From contig CAINEC010000172.1 in NCBI GenBank assembly GCA_903847585.1, positions 2,717 to 66,716 of the forward strand: a DNA stretch of 64,000 nt, in the 5' to 3' direction. Every line of letters starts with the position of its first letter. The stretch's first letter is position 1. Source of the stretch: an uncultured Bacteroidota bacterium. GTDB lineage: Bacteria; Bacteroidota; Bacteroidia; AKYH767-A; OLB10. Shown here one piece after another: positions 17,161 through 27,254 of the stretch. The translations under genes were made by a program, and so were the position numbers. The notes beneath the pieces are model-generated. The model did no database searches. It saw only the letters and a program-made list of their open reading frames with translations, and had not been told where the DNA came from.

Positions 17161-17935
17161 TATCTTCTGTTGCTGGTTGTTGAGGTGCTGCCTCTGGAGT
17201 ACAAACTACGAAGTTGTTAAAACCTTCATTCAAGAAAATAAGAAACACTCTGTTTTGTAACAATTCTAGCAATGCTAAGAAAGTATACACTGCATGTAGC
17301 TTACTAACGCACTCGTCAAACAAATCTGCGAAGTTCTGCTGAGGTTTTTGACTCAAACGGTTACGAATATACTCCTTTTGATTATCGATGGTGTAGGGCG
17401 ACTGTAATACCGTATGAATGACTCTATTTTGATTGTCTTCAAAGCGAGCCATTACTTTTTCGAACGTGGCGATTAACTTATAAAGTGTTAACTGATTTAA
17501 CTCGCCGGCATAACCCGTTTCAGTTGTTGTTGCAAGCTTTGATAATTCATGTTGCACATTCCCTCTTGCAAAGCGCATCATACGTTCGTCTTCCATCATG
17601 CGTAAATCTTCCGATGCTGCTTTAAACTGCTTATAATCTAACAGCTGACGAACTAAATCCTGACGTGGATCAATTTCATTTCCTTGGTCATCTTTTTCGT
17701 AACGAGGCAATAACAGTTTTGCTTTGATACGCATTAATGTTGCAGCCACTAAAATAAACTCGCTGGCCAATTCAATATTCATGGCTTGCATCTGATGCAT
17801 ATAGTCCATGAAATCATTCGTAATGGTAGCAATAGGAATATCATGAATATCCAACTCATCACGTTCTATGAAGAACAGGAGCAAGTCAAATGGACCTACA
17901 AACTGGGGTAATTTTATTTCGAAACTTTCAGACAC
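17150..17935 (-). CDS. scpA: Segregation and condensation protein A
   Basis: 261 aa. The N-terminus 'FEIKLPQFVGPFDLLLFFIERDELDIHDIPIATIT' is the characteristic ScpA start. Confidence 0.8.
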   Translation of the reverse strand: MSESFEIKLPQFVGPFDLLLFFIERDELDIHDIPIATITNDFMDYMHQMQAMNIELASEFILVAATLMRIKAKLLLPRYEKDDQGNEIDPRQDLVRQLLDYKQFKAASEDLRMMEDERMMRFARGNVQHELSKLATTTETGYAGELNQLTLYKLIATFEKVMARFEDNQNRVIHTVLQSPYTIDNQKEYIRNRLSQKPQQNFADLFDECVSKLHAVYTFLALLELLQNRVFLIFLNEGFNNFVVCTPEAAPQQPATEDNAE

Positions 17936-17996
17936 AAAATAGGGGTTCTGTTTACTACAAAGAAACCAAAAAATAAGTAGGATAAAAAGGGTTTAT

Positions 17997-18032
17997 ACAA
18001 AAAAGAAAAGGCCCTGTAAAAACAGGGCCTTT
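17997..18032 (-). terminator. Rho-independent terminator after the beta-barrel protein gene
   Basis: 10-bp stem aaaggccctg/cagggccttt, followed on the minus strand by ttcttttttg. Confidence 0.55.
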
Positions 18033-18057
18033 CCAAAGTGCTTAACTTTTATATTTC

Positions 18058-18834
18058 TTAGAAATAGAAGTTTAAGTTGATAGCTGCACCAGCATTGTCA
18101 GTATCTAAACCGAATGAAGATGACTTACCACCTTTAGTTGTAGTAGTTGTACCAGCAAATGTAACTGTAGTTTCAGATGCACCTGTAGATGATAAACCTA
18201 ATCCCCAACCGAATTCACCGCTTAATGACATCTTAGGAGCGAAGAAATATTCAACTCCGATGAAACCACGAACGCCTAAATTGAAAGTAGAACCATCTTT
18301 AGCTTCTACGCTTAAGTCAGTAGCTGTCCAAGTTTCTTTAGAAGAACCTAAACCGATGTTAGCTTCAGCTCCGTAGAAACCACGAACGCGACCTTTACCA
18401 CGATACATTTGGATACCAGCACCTAAGTTGATGTTAGATCCACCATTCTTAATTTCAACTGAATCGATATCAGCTGCTCCGTCTCCGTCTAAATCTACTG
18501 ATTGGTTATCAGCAGTTGTAGAACCGAAACCTAAACGAACTTTTGCACGGTATGCTGTGTTCGCATCTTTCATCATTTTACCAGTGATAACGTTTTCGTT
18601 ACCGTTTGTCCAGTCAAATGACATTGCACTGTTATCAACGTTACCATTCAATAAATTACCGAAGTAGTTTAAAGATGAGCTAGCGCCGATTCCGATGCTC
18701 CAATCGCCAGATTCAGGAAGGATTGGTGTTCCTTTTTTTGAGTTCATGTCTTGTGCAGATGCGGTAACACCGATCATCATTGCAACGATAAGTAATCCTT
18801 TTTTCATTTGTTTTTTATGTTTAAGGTTGGCCAA
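18058..18834 (-). CDS. Outer-membrane beta-barrel protein (porin-like)
   Basis: 258 aa with a signal peptide ending 'ASAQ'. The sequence is Gly/Ser/Thr-rich in an alternating pattern and ends in the aromatic terminus 'NLNFYF'. Confidence 0.6.
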   Translation of the reverse strand: MANLKHKKQMKKGLLIVAMMIGVTASAQDMNSKKGTPILPESGDWSIGIGASSSLNYFGNLLNGNVDNSAMSFDWTNGNENVITGKMMKDANTAYRAKVRLGFGSTTADNQSVDLDGDGAADIDSVEIKNGGSNINLGAGIQMYRGKGRVRGFYGAEANIGLGSSKETWTATDLSVEAKDGSTFNLGVRGFIGVEYFFAPKMSLSGEFGWGLGLSSTGASETTVTFAGTTTTTKGGKSSSFGLDTDNAGAAINLNFYF

Positions 18835-18951
18835 ATTTATAGGTAAATTATCTAATTGCCCAAAAATTTCATTTTAAAAACCAACAAGTAATTGTTTATA
18901 AGTAGGTTTAATTGTTAATTAACATGGTTTTTAGGGGGTATTTTAGGGGTT

Positions 18952-19701
18952 TTAGTTCCCTAAAGCCTCTTTTAATTGGGTTAAAAACGTCTCAGAAATC
19001 GATTTAAAAGTCTTTTCTGCTATTTCCTGCGGCTTGTTTATATCTGATGGAAAGTACACAACTAAGAAATTTCCTGCTATTAATTTTGCATTTGAATCCC
19101 ATACAGAATAATGAATGATTAACTCTCTTCTATAAAGCTTACGTGATAAATCAATACAAGAACTATAATTAGTTTTAAATTCAAACTGATTAATAGAGAC
19201 CATGTAATTACAATTATTCGCAGACATTAATGCATTATAATAATTCTTATTGCTAATCGCTGCATTCATGAATTTATCATCACCACGAGTAGTAATATAC
19301 AATGGGGCTTTATCTTCTGCTGATTTCTTTTCGAAAAGACTCTTTTTCTTATCAGTTACTTTCCCAAGGCCCTTTCCTACAGGCTCTATATAGCTATAAC
19401 CAGCCTGTCCGTAAAATACTTTGAGCTCTTTTTTATCCTCGCCCTCCTGATCACCCATTAAACTAACGGTTGGCCTATACGATTTTAACTCTCCTTGTAG
19501 TTTTAAATCGAGTGTACGGCGAAAATAAGCCCTGTACTCATCGGGTGTCATTTTTGTATTTTGAATAATATCCTGTTCGATATCGCTCAAATACATATCC
19601 GGATTAAAGGGGACCAACAGGATTTTTGTCGAGGCAGAATCCTGCGCATTGGCTATAGCAGATACTAATACCAATAAAATAAGAAGAACAATTTTGCGCA
19701 T
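18952..19701 (-). CDS. Secreted hypothetical protein
   Basis: 249 aa with a signal peptide 'LVLVSAIANAQ'. I recognise no motif. Confidence 0.45.
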   Translation of the reverse strand: MRKIVLLILLVLVSAIANAQDSASTKILLVPFNPDMYLSDIEQDIIQNTKMTPDEYRAYFRRTLDLKLQGELKSYRPTVSLMGDQEGEDKKELKVFYGQAGYSYIEPVGKGLGKVTDKKKSLFEKKSAEDKAPLYITTRGDDKFMNAAISNKNYYNALMSANNCNYMVSINQFEFKTNYSSCIDLSRKLYRRELIIHYSVWDSNAKLIAGNFLVVYFPSDINKPQEIAEKTFKSISETFLTQLKEALGN

Positions 19702-19719
19702 TTATAGTGGCGAATAAGA

Positions 19720-21057
19720 TTAATTCAAAATATGTTTCCAAATATCGTTGGCAACAGAAAACACCATAAGCGATAATAAAATAACCATTCCTATAATCTG
19801 TGCGCGTTCCATAAACTTATCACTGAACTTCTTTCTAGTAATGCTTTCAATAGTTAAGAAAACAACATGGCCGCCATCTAACGCAGGAATAGGAAGTATA
19901 TTCATAAATGCCAATACCATTGATAACAATCCTGTTATAGCCCAGAATTTAGGCCACTCCCAAGTCGCACCGTAAATCTGTGCAATACCAATAGGACCTT
20001 GAACCGAATCACTTGCCTTCTCTTGTCCTGTAAATATTTTACGTAACCCCTTCACGTTAGAAACCAACGCTTCCATCGCATCAGAAGTACCAAATTTAAA
20101 AGCACTTCCTAATGTATAAGGCGTCATTTTATAATTCGCGTTTTCTATGGCCTGCGGTAAATAGCCTATACCAATTGTACTATCAGCACGCACCACACAC
20201 AAAAGCGTTACAGGCTTTTTATCTCTTATTACATCTACCACCACCGTATTATTACAATTAGCCGCTATTTTCGATTTTAAATCATCGGTATCAAGAAGTT
20301 TCTCGCCCTTTACTGCAACAATTTCATCCCCTGGCTTAAAGCCTGCTTTTGCTGCAGGACTGTTTTCAGCAACCGTATTAACAGCAAACTTCTGGTTTCC
20401 ATAACCAATAAAATTCATTCGTCCGACCTTACTTACAGTACGATAAAAGTTTGAAGGCACTTCAATTTCCATCGTCTGACTGCTTCGTTGAATTGTAATT
20501 GTAGCTCCAAACATAATACGTGAAGAAAGCACATCATCGAATCGATCAAATTTTTCTCCATCGATTGCAATTATCTTATCTCCATTCTGAAACCCTAACT
20601 CACGGCCAAGGCTATACGCATAAATCCCCTCACCTTTATTTACCTCATTGATCGATAAATATTCTTTCTTAAACTCCAGCAACGAAAATGAAAAAATAAT
20701 AATACCTAAAAGTACATTCATGGTTACTCCACCAATCATCACAATTAATCGCTGCCATGCTGGTTTAGCTCTGAATTCCCAAGGCTCTGGCGCTTTTGCC
20801 ATTTGCTCAGTATCAAGACTCTCATCAATCATCCCTGCAATTTTCACATATCCGCCTAGAGGCAACCAACCAATACCATATTCGGTTTCTCCTCTCTTGA
20901 AACTGAAAAGTTTAAATCCCCAAGCATCAAAAAACAAATAAAACTTCTCGACTTTTATTCCGAAAGCGCGAGCAGCTAAAAAATGTCCTAATTCATGTAA
21001 GGTTACTAATATCGCTAAGCCGGCAATTAACTGTCCGGCCATAATCAATGCATCCAT
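19720..21057 (-). CDS. rseP: RIP site-2 metalloprotease RseP
   Basis: 445 aa with 'HELGHFLAAR', PDZ-like middle segments and 'NILPIPALDGGH'. It lies adjacent to dxr, as in many bacteria. Confidence 0.9.
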   Translation of the reverse strand: MDALIMAGQLIAGLAILVTLHELGHFLAARAFGIKVEKFYLFFDAWGFKLFSFKRGETEYGIGWLPLGGYVKIAGMIDESLDTEQMAKAPEPWEFRAKPAWQRLIVMIGGVTMNVLLGIIIFSFSLLEFKKEYLSINEVNKGEGIYAYSLGRELGFQNGDKIIAIDGEKFDRFDDVLSSRIMFGATITIQRSSQTMEIEVPSNFYRTVSKVGRMNFIGYGNQKFAVNTVAENSPAAKAGFKPGDEIVAVKGEKLLDTDDLKSKIAANCNNTVVVDVIRDKKPVTLLCVVRADSTIGIGYLPQAIENANYKMTPYTLGSAFKFGTSDAMEALVSNVKGLRKIFTGQEKASDSVQGPIGIAQIYGATWEWPKFWAITGLLSMVLAFMNILPIPALDGGHVVFLTIESITRKKFSDKFMERAQIIGMVILLSLMVFSVANDIWKHILN

Positions 21058-21079
21058 TGTTTTCTAATTAAAAATTAAA

Positions 21080-22261
21080 CTAATTATCAGGCGAAATTAC
21101 GAACTTTTTCTTCGCGAGATTTTCCTTAAATATTCTACGGGCTTCTTCGTCCGAATTTTTATAATCTTCTATTGTTGGTTGTTGAATGAATGTTGCATTC
21201 ATCATAACCTCTTCAATAGTTTCTGCTATTGCTAAAAACCCAATTTCTCTGTTTAAGAAAGCGGCTACGGCTTCTTCATTAGCAGCATTCATGATACATG
21301 GTAGATTTCCACCTTTATCCATTGCTTGTTTTGCTAACGATAAGCAATGAAATGTTTCCATATCAGGTTTTTCAAATGTCAGGTTGGGATAATTCACAAA
21401 GTCGAAACGAGGGAAATCATTTTTTATTCGATGTGGATACGCCATTGCCACTTGAATTGGTAATTTCATATCGGGTAATCCCATCTGTGCTTTCATCGAT
21501 CCATCTTCAAACTGAACAATACTATGAATGATGGATTGAGGGTGAACAATCACATCAATCTGATCTGGACGTAAATTAAAAAGCCATTTAGCTTCAATCA
21601 TTTCAAGTCCTTTGTTCATTAGCGAAGCTGAGTCGATTGTAATCTTCGCCCCCATCGTCCAATTAGGATGTTTTAATGCCTGATCACGAGTAACTGTGAT
21701 TAACTCATCTCGCTTTTTACCTCTGAAAGGACCACCACTGGCAGTTAAAATAATCTTCTCTATTGGATTAGAAAATTCTCCATATAAACACTGGAAAATA
21801 GCAGAATGCTCTGAGTCGACAGGATAGATGGCTACATTATTTTCTAAAGCTAATTGCGTGACAATATCCCCAGCAACAACAAGCGTTTCTTTGTTTGCAA
21901 GAGCAATTGTTTTTTTATTTCGGATAGCCGCTAACGTTGGTTCTAATCCTGAAAAGCCTACCATTGCAGTAAGCACAAGATCAAATGAATCCAACGACAT
22001 TAACTGAACAATTGAATTATAGCCCCCAAAAACTTTTATTGGGTCATTAGCCAGTGCTTCTTTTACTTGCAAATATTTTGTTTCATCGGCAATAGCTACA
22101 CTATTTGGCTTGAATTTTTTTGCTTGCGCAATTAACAAGTCTGCATTAGAATTAGCCGTTAAACAATCTATTTCAAACAAATCAGGATTTTGTTCAACAA
22201 CTTCGAGCGCCTGAGTTCCAATTGATCCTGTAGAACCAAGTATGGCAATTCGTTTTTTCAA
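21080..22261 (-). CDS. dxr: 1-deoxy-D-xylulose-5-phosphate reductoisomerase
   Basis: 393 aa with 'ILGSTGSIGTQAL', 'LANKETLV', 'VDSEHSAIFQC' and 'HPNWTMGAKITIDSA'. Confidence 0.92.
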   Translation of the reverse strand: MKKRIAILGSTGSIGTQALEVVEQNPDLFEIDCLTANSNADLLIAQAKKFKPNSVAIADETKYLQVKEALANDPIKVFGGYNSIVQLMSLDSFDLVLTAMVGFSGLEPTLAAIRNKKTIALANKETLVVAGDIVTQLALENNVAIYPVDSEHSAIFQCLYGEFSNPIEKIILTASGGPFRGKKRDELITVTRDQALKHPNWTMGAKITIDSASLMNKGLEMIEAKWLFNLRPDQIDVIVHPQSIIHSIVQFEDGSMKAQMGLPDMKLPIQVAMAYPHRIKNDFPRFDFVNYPNLTFEKPDMETFHCLSLAKQAMDKGGNLPCIMNAANEEAVAAFLNREIGFLAIAETIEEVMMNATFIQQPTIEDYKNSDEEARRIFKENLAKKKFVISPDN

Positions 22262-22303
22262 AACTTAAAATATTTTCAGCGAATTTAATAAAGAAACAAG
22301 TGC

Positions 22304-22684
22304 TTACTGCAAGGTGTCGGCTAATATTATTTCACATTCATTAGGGGAGGAATAATCAAAGGCAGGGTCTGTTGTTTCATCCACAAATTCGACTGGTGTT
22401 TGAAAGGGATGGGTAAGGTCTTGTATAACACTTTTGCGATTTGGCTTTTCTGTAGATTTTTTCTTGTCAGAACCCTGGCCTTCAGAAAAATTACCCGAAG
22501 TATTCGCAGTAGTAAAAGTATCACAATTCAGTGAATCTACCGCGATATTTTTTAATTTTTTTTCCGGACTTTTTACACTGTCAGTGGACCTTATTTTCAT
22601 CGGTTCTTGCTTGACGGATGAATCGCAGGCGGATACCTGAATCAGGCCAATAAAAGCAATGAGAAGGATACTATAAAATTTCAT
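22304..22684 (-). CDS. Small lipoprotein, hypothetical
   Basis: The ATG at 22684 gives 'MKFYSILLIAFIGLIQVSACDS' (lipobox). The longer ORF-track version would overlap the M23 gene by about 100 nt. Confidence 0.5.
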   Translation of the reverse strand: MKFYSILLIAFIGLIQVSACDSSVKQEPMKIRSTDSVKSPEKKLKNIAVDSLNCDTFTTANTSGNFSEGQGSDKKKSTEKPNRKSVIQDLTHPFQTPVEFVDETTDPAFDYSSPNECEIILADTLQ

Positions 22685-22688
22685 CCTT

Positions 22689-23564
22689 TTAAAAATTGAT
22701 ATAATCCAGCGGATTAACAGGAGTTCCGTTATACCAAAGCTCAAAATGTAAATGTGGACCGCTACTAAACTCACCAGAATTACCAATAATCGCAATCACC
22801 TCTCCTGCTTTAACATAGTCTCCCACCGATTTCAAAAGGGCAGAATTATGCTTGTAAAAAGTAAACAGATTATTACCATGCTGAACCCCTATTACATACC
22901 CTGTTTCAGAGGTAAAATTGGCTATTACAACGGTACCATCTAGGGCCGACTTAATTCCTTCGTTGGCACTGGAAACGATATCAATTCCAAAGTGCTTTTG
23001 GGCCGTACTAAATTTAGAGGTGACATTACCCTTCAACGGAGTAAAAAACGAATAACTACCAATCCCGGATGAAAATGCTTTATCGCCCCTATTTACAAGG
23101 GTGAATTGTTCCTGATTTTCAATTTGCCAACGCAATTGGGAATCAGCAGCTGACTTATTTAGATGTTGAATAGAGTCATAAAGTTGCTGCGAGCCCGACT
23201 TTTTTGATGGAAGTGTTGTGTCTGATTTACCATTTAAAACATCTAACAAGTTTGACAAATATTTTTCATCGGCATCCAACTTCTGCATCAAAGAATCTGT
23301 CTTTAAGGTCATTTTAATCAGATTTCTTCGCATATTAACATCTGCATACCCGGGTATATATTCTCTAATGGGAGTAAAAGCAATCAGATATAACGTTAAA
23401 ATAATAAGCAACAAAGCGGACGAACCTCCCACCACAATGATATTCATGGGCGTAAGTCGTAGCGAGAATTTCTCTTCAAGCGTTTGGTCGTTCATTACTA
23501 CGAAACGAAACTTGCTCTTAAGGATTCTGGCTATTTGTTTCCTTTTTGCTTTTGAGATTAGCAT
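22689..23564 (-). CDS. M23-family (LytM-type) peptidase with an N-terminal membrane anchor
   Basis: 291 aa with 'HFGIDIV', 'GYVIGVQHGNNLFTFYKH' and 'IGNSGEFSSGPHLHFELW'. Confidence 0.85.
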   Translation of the reverse strand: MLISKAKRKQIARILKSKFRFVVMNDQTLEEKFSLRLTPMNIIVVGGSSALLLIILTLYLIAFTPIREYIPGYADVNMRRNLIKMTLKTDSLMQKLDADEKYLSNLLDVLNGKSDTTLPSKKSGSQQLYDSIQHLNKSAADSQLRWQIENQEQFTLVNRGDKAFSSGIGSYSFFTPLKGNVTSKFSTAQKHFGIDIVSSANEGIKSALDGTVVIANFTSETGYVIGVQHGNNLFTFYKHNSALLKSVGDYVKAGEVIAIIGNSGEFSSGPHLHFELWYNGTPVNPLDYINF

Positions 23565-23676
23565 CGGTACAAATATAATATTCTTTACGAGGCGACGTTG
23601 TTTAAATTATCGACTAAATTTACGATATTTGTGAGATTATTATTTACTCTACAGATCGATAAACCAAGTAAGTATT

Positions 23677-26382
23677 GTGCGAATAAATTCAAGGGTTATT
23701 AAAATTTCTTCAAGCCTGATTGCAATGTTCCTAATTGCAATGGTTTGGTCTTCGTGCAGTGTAAAGAAAAACAATGTGGTAAGTAGAAACTACCACGGTA
23801 TGATAACACACTATAACTTTTTCTTTAATGCCCGCGAACGAGTAAGAACAGGTTCACAAAGTTTAGCCACTTCGCATGAGGATAAATACGATCGTGTTCT
23901 TTCAATTTTCAAATATGGCGACCTAAACAAAGCGAAAGCGGTTTTTCCTGATATGGATGAAGCCATGAAGAAAGTATCCATTGCAATTTCTAGAAATTCA
24001 ATGGTGCTGAAAGGAAAAAAAGATAACAAAGTGGAAGAAAGAAATAAATGGATTGACGACTGTTATTTATTAATTGGGAAAGCACAGTTTTACAAACATG
24101 ATTTTTGGTCGTCGATTGAAACGTTTCAATACATTTCTTCAGAATATAAAGAGAGTGAAATTCGTCCTGAAGCTTTATTATGGCTTTGCAAATCGTATCT
24201 GGAATTAGGTAAAACACTTGATGCAGAATACTTATTAGATTATTTGAAGAACGATAAAAAGTTTCCTGAGAATTTAAAAGGTGATTACAATGCAGTAGTA
24301 GCACAATATCACTTAATGAAGGACGATACTCCAAGAGCTATTGAGTCTTTAAGAAAAGCATCTGCAACAGCAGTTAAAAAAGATGACCGTGCACGCTACA
24401 CGTTTATTCTTGCTCAACTGCTTCAAAAACAAGACAGCCTACAAGAAGCATTTTCTAATTACGAAAAAGTAATTAAAATGAATCCGATTTATGAAATGTC
24501 GTTTAATGCTCGCATAAACAGAGCACGTTGTTACGACATAAATAGTGGCTCAGGTGAAATAGTGAAGAAGGAATTGAATAAGATGTTGAAGGATGAAAAA
24601 AATGAAGAGTACAAGGATCAAATTTATTATGCTTTAGCAGGAGTTGCACAACAGGAAAAAGACGAGGCTTTAGCAATTACCTTGTTGAACCAATCTGTGC
24701 GTGCTTCAACAAGCAATACTTCACAACTTGCACAAAGTTATTTAGCATTAGGGAATATTTTTTACAAGCGTCCACAATATCTACCTGCAGCTGCTTATTA
24801 CGATAGTTGTTTATCTAACTTAACTAATGATCATCCAGACTTTATCGATATTCAATCAAAGAAAAACAGTTTGGAGCGATTAGTAAAAAATTTGAAGGTT
24901 ATCCAACAAGAAGATAGTTTACAATCGCTTGCTTCATTAAATCCGCAGGAAAGAGAAGCAAAAATTAAAAGTATTATTGAATTTGAAGATTCAGAAAAAG
25001 AAAGACTAAAGAAAGAAGAAGAAGAGAAAAAGAAAATAGAAGAGCAAAAGACGCTCGAAGAAAAAACATTAAAGAGTCAAACGAGAGACAATAATGGACC
25101 AGGTGCTACTGCTCAAGGATCATGGTATTTTTATAATCAATCATCTATTTCTTTTGGATACAATGAGTTTTTAAAGAAATGGGGAACAAGAAAATTAGAA
25201 GACAACTGGAGAAGAAGTGAAAAAGATGTTGTTGTTGATAATGGTGATGATAATGGTGATGATGGTAAAGACAGCACTGCCAATAATCAATCTGCCATCA
25301 ATGATTCAATAAGTAAATTAGATGCAGCAGCTCGTAAGACTGCGTATCTCGGAATGATACCAGGAACACCTCAGGCTATTTTAGAATCAAACTTAAAAAT
25401 AGCAGAAGCATTATACAATTGCGGGGTAATCTATCGTGAGCAATTAATAAATTTTCCTGAAAGTGTTAAAAGTTTTGAAGAGCTAAATCGTCGTTTCCCA
25501 GACAGCAAGTATAAACAGCCAAGCTATTACAATTTATATAGAACATTAATGGCATTGAATGATACTGTTAAAGCCGATATTTATAAAAATAACCTCTTGA
25601 CTAATTATCCGGAATCAGAATATGCTAAGTTGATTACCAATCCTAATTATTACAAGGAGTTAAAGAAAAAGACTGCTGTATTAGAAGTTTATTATGAGAA
25701 TACTTATCGCGCATATCTCAATAAACAATATGCAGATGTGATTGAACGTAAGGAAGAGGCTGATGCATTATTCCCAAATAGTAAATTAGCTCCTAAGTTT
25801 TCGCTTTTAAAAGCAATGGCTGTTGGAAAAACAAAAACTGCACAGGATTTTGAATTAGCATTAGAAGATGTTATTAGAAATCATCCGAAAGATTCTGTAG
25901 CTACGCGTGCAAAAGAAATTCTTGATTTTATGCGCGGGAAGAATATTAAGGAGTTACCAAAAGATACGAGTACAACAACAAGCACTTTACAGAACCTAAT
26001 CGACTCAACAACCAAATATGTTTTTGTTCCTGATATCAAACAATATTATTTGATACTTTACAAAAACAATGCTTTGAATACACCTGATGTTATTAATCGT
26101 ATTAAAGGATTTAATAATGTGAATTATACTACTGATAAGTTAGAAGTAAAAAATGGTAATATTGATTTGACTTATCAATACATTATGGTAACAGAATTTG
26201 CTACAACTAAAGCTGCTATGGATTATTACACAGCTATTTTAAAATCACCACAAGTTTTAGGAGAGAGTGATCCATCAAAAGTATTTTACTTTGTTATCTC
26301 ACAAGATAATCTTGCACAGTTAGCGAGAAGCAAAAACATTTCTGCTTACTCCTTATTTTTCCAAAAGAACTACTTACAATAA
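23677..26382 (+). CDS. TPR-repeat lipoprotein, SprE/PorW-like T9SS/gliding component
   Basis: 901 aa with a GTG start and a lipobox 'VWSSCS'. 'RNYHGMITHYNFFFNA' follows directly after the lipobox, with many TPR-like segments and a K/E-rich linker. The family assignment is from memory of SprE/PorW N-termini. Confidence 0.55.
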   Translation: MRINSRVIKISSSLIAMFLIAMVWSSCSVKKNNVVSRNYHGMITHYNFFFNARERVRTGSQSLATSHEDKYDRVLSIFKYGDLNKAKAVFPDMDEAMKKVSIAISRNSMVLKGKKDNKVEERNKWIDDCYLLIGKAQFYKHDFWSSIETFQYISSEYKESEIRPEALLWLCKSYLELGKTLDAEYLLDYLKNDKKFPENLKGDYNAVVAQYHLMKDDTPRAIESLRKASATAVKKDDRARYTFILAQLLQKQDSLQEAFSNYEKVIKMNPIYEMSFNARINRARCYDINSGSGEIVKKELNKMLKDEKNEEYKDQIYYALAGVAQQEKDEALAITLLNQSVRASTSNTSQLAQSYLALGNIFYKRPQYLPAAAYYDSCLSNLTNDHPDFIDIQSKKNSLERLVKNLKVIQQEDSLQSLASLNPQEREAKIKSIIEFEDSEKERLKKEEEEKKKIEEQKTLEEKTLKSQTRDNNGPGATAQGSWYFYNQSSISFGYNEFLKKWGTRKLEDNWRRSEKDVVVDNGDDNGDDGKDSTANNQSAINDSISKLDAAARKTAYLGMIPGTPQAILESNLKIAEALYNCGVIYREQLINFPESVKSFEELNRRFPDSKYKQPSYYNLYRTLMALNDTVKADIYKNNLLTNYPESEYAKLITNPNYYKELKKKTAVLEVYYENTYRAYLNKQYADVIERKEEADALFPNSKLAPKFSLLKAMAVGKTKTAQDFELALEDVIRNHPKDSVATRAKEILDFMRGKNIKELPKDTSTTTSTLQNLIDSTTKYVFVPDIKQYYLILYKNNALNTPDVINRIKGFNNVNYTTDKLEVKNGNIDLTYQYIMVTEFATTKAAMDYYTAILKSPQVLGESDPSKVFYFVISQDNLAQLARSKNISAYSLFFQKNYLQ

Positions 26383-26396
26383 TTTAATTTTTTACC

Positions 26397-27254
26397 GTGT
26401 TTAATAAAATAGCGAATACTCCTTACCCTCTTTTACAAAACAAATTAATTAAAGCCGGCATTGGTTTGTCGTGGGGGATTTTTGTAACTTTCATTTTATT
26501 TTTTTTAAAACCTTTAGACCTCGACTCTATCAATATGACAGAGGTATTGTCGTTTGCAATAAAGGGCGGAGTGATTACAGCTGGCATCTTATTATTTAAT
26601 GCATTGGCTTTGCCAGAGTTCTTTGTTCCATTGCGAAATGAAATGGAATGGACTATTAAAAAAGAAGTGTTATTTATTCTATGGAATGTATTATTGATTG
26701 CCATTTTTGTAGCTATCTATTCTTTCTTTTATGTTGGAGAATACAACCTTTACAATATTTTATTATTCCCCATAATTAGCATTTTTGCAACAGCACCTTT
26801 TGTAATCACTTACGTTGTTTTAAATGAGAAAATCCTTAATAAAACTTTAAATAAGGAAGCAGATGCGATTTCTAATTCACTGAACTATAAAAAGCGTTTG
26901 ACTAACCAGCAAGATGAATTGGTGGAATTTAAAACGCCTGATGGAGTGAAGAAAATCAAAGTAATTGATATCATCTTTTTATCAGAAACAAAAAAATATG
27001 TTGCTGTTTATTTTTTTAATAACGGCTTGATGAACGAACTTAAATTAAAAATGTCGTTGAAAGATGCGCGCGAGGAACTTCGTAAATACACTGCTTTTTA
27101 CCGTTGTCAGAAAAAGTGGGTTGTAAATCTTGATTATGTTGTTTCGGTATCTGCTAACGCTCGTGGCTATCTGCTCAATTTAAAAAATTGTAGCATCAGA
27201 GTACCAGTATCGAGAAGTTTAACAAACGAGATCACAAATAGACTCGCAAAATAA
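26397..27254 (+). CDS. Membrane-anchored LytTR-domain DNA-binding protein (no receiver domain)
   Basis: 285 aa with about 4 N-terminal TM segments. The C-terminal LytTR-like region reads 'IKVIDIIFLSETKKYVAVYF...FYRCQKKWVVNLDYV...IRVPVSRS'. Confidence 0.7.
   Translation: MFNKIANTPYPLLQNKLIKAGIGLSWGIFVTFILFFLKPLDLDSINMTEVLSFAIKGGVITAGILLFNALALPEFFVPLRNEMEWTIKKEVLFILWNVLLIAIFVAIYSFFYVGEYNLYNILLFPIISIFATAPFVITYVVLNEKILNKTLNKEADAISNSLNYKKRLTNQQDELVEFKTPDGVKKIKVIDIIFLSETKKYVAVYFFNNGLMNELKLKMSLKDAREELRKYTAFYRCQKKWVVNLDYVVSVSANARGYLLNLKNCSIRVPVSRSLTNEITNRLAK

Noticed and set aside
18077-18877. Three plus-strand ORFs (99, 79 and 60 aa) lie opposite the beta-barrel protein gene. Similar antisense ORFs occur at 23218..23634, 56485..56889, 60212..60706, 62093..62356, 49293..49661 and 50666..51320.
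   Set aside because: All are embedded antisense in longer CDSs with recognisable motifs. They have low-complexity or odd composition and no independent support.
22685-22795. A 111-nt upstream extension of the small lipoprotein ORF overlaps the M23 peptidase gene.
   Set aside because: The internal ATG at 22684 yields a canonical lipoprotein signal and removes the overlap.
24960-25300. A K/E-rich segment and a 'DNGDDNGDDG' repeat stretch inside the SprE/PorW-like gene might be a separate feature.
   Set aside because: They are in-frame low-complexity linkers within one continuous ORF. Such linkers are common in large TPR lipoproteins.
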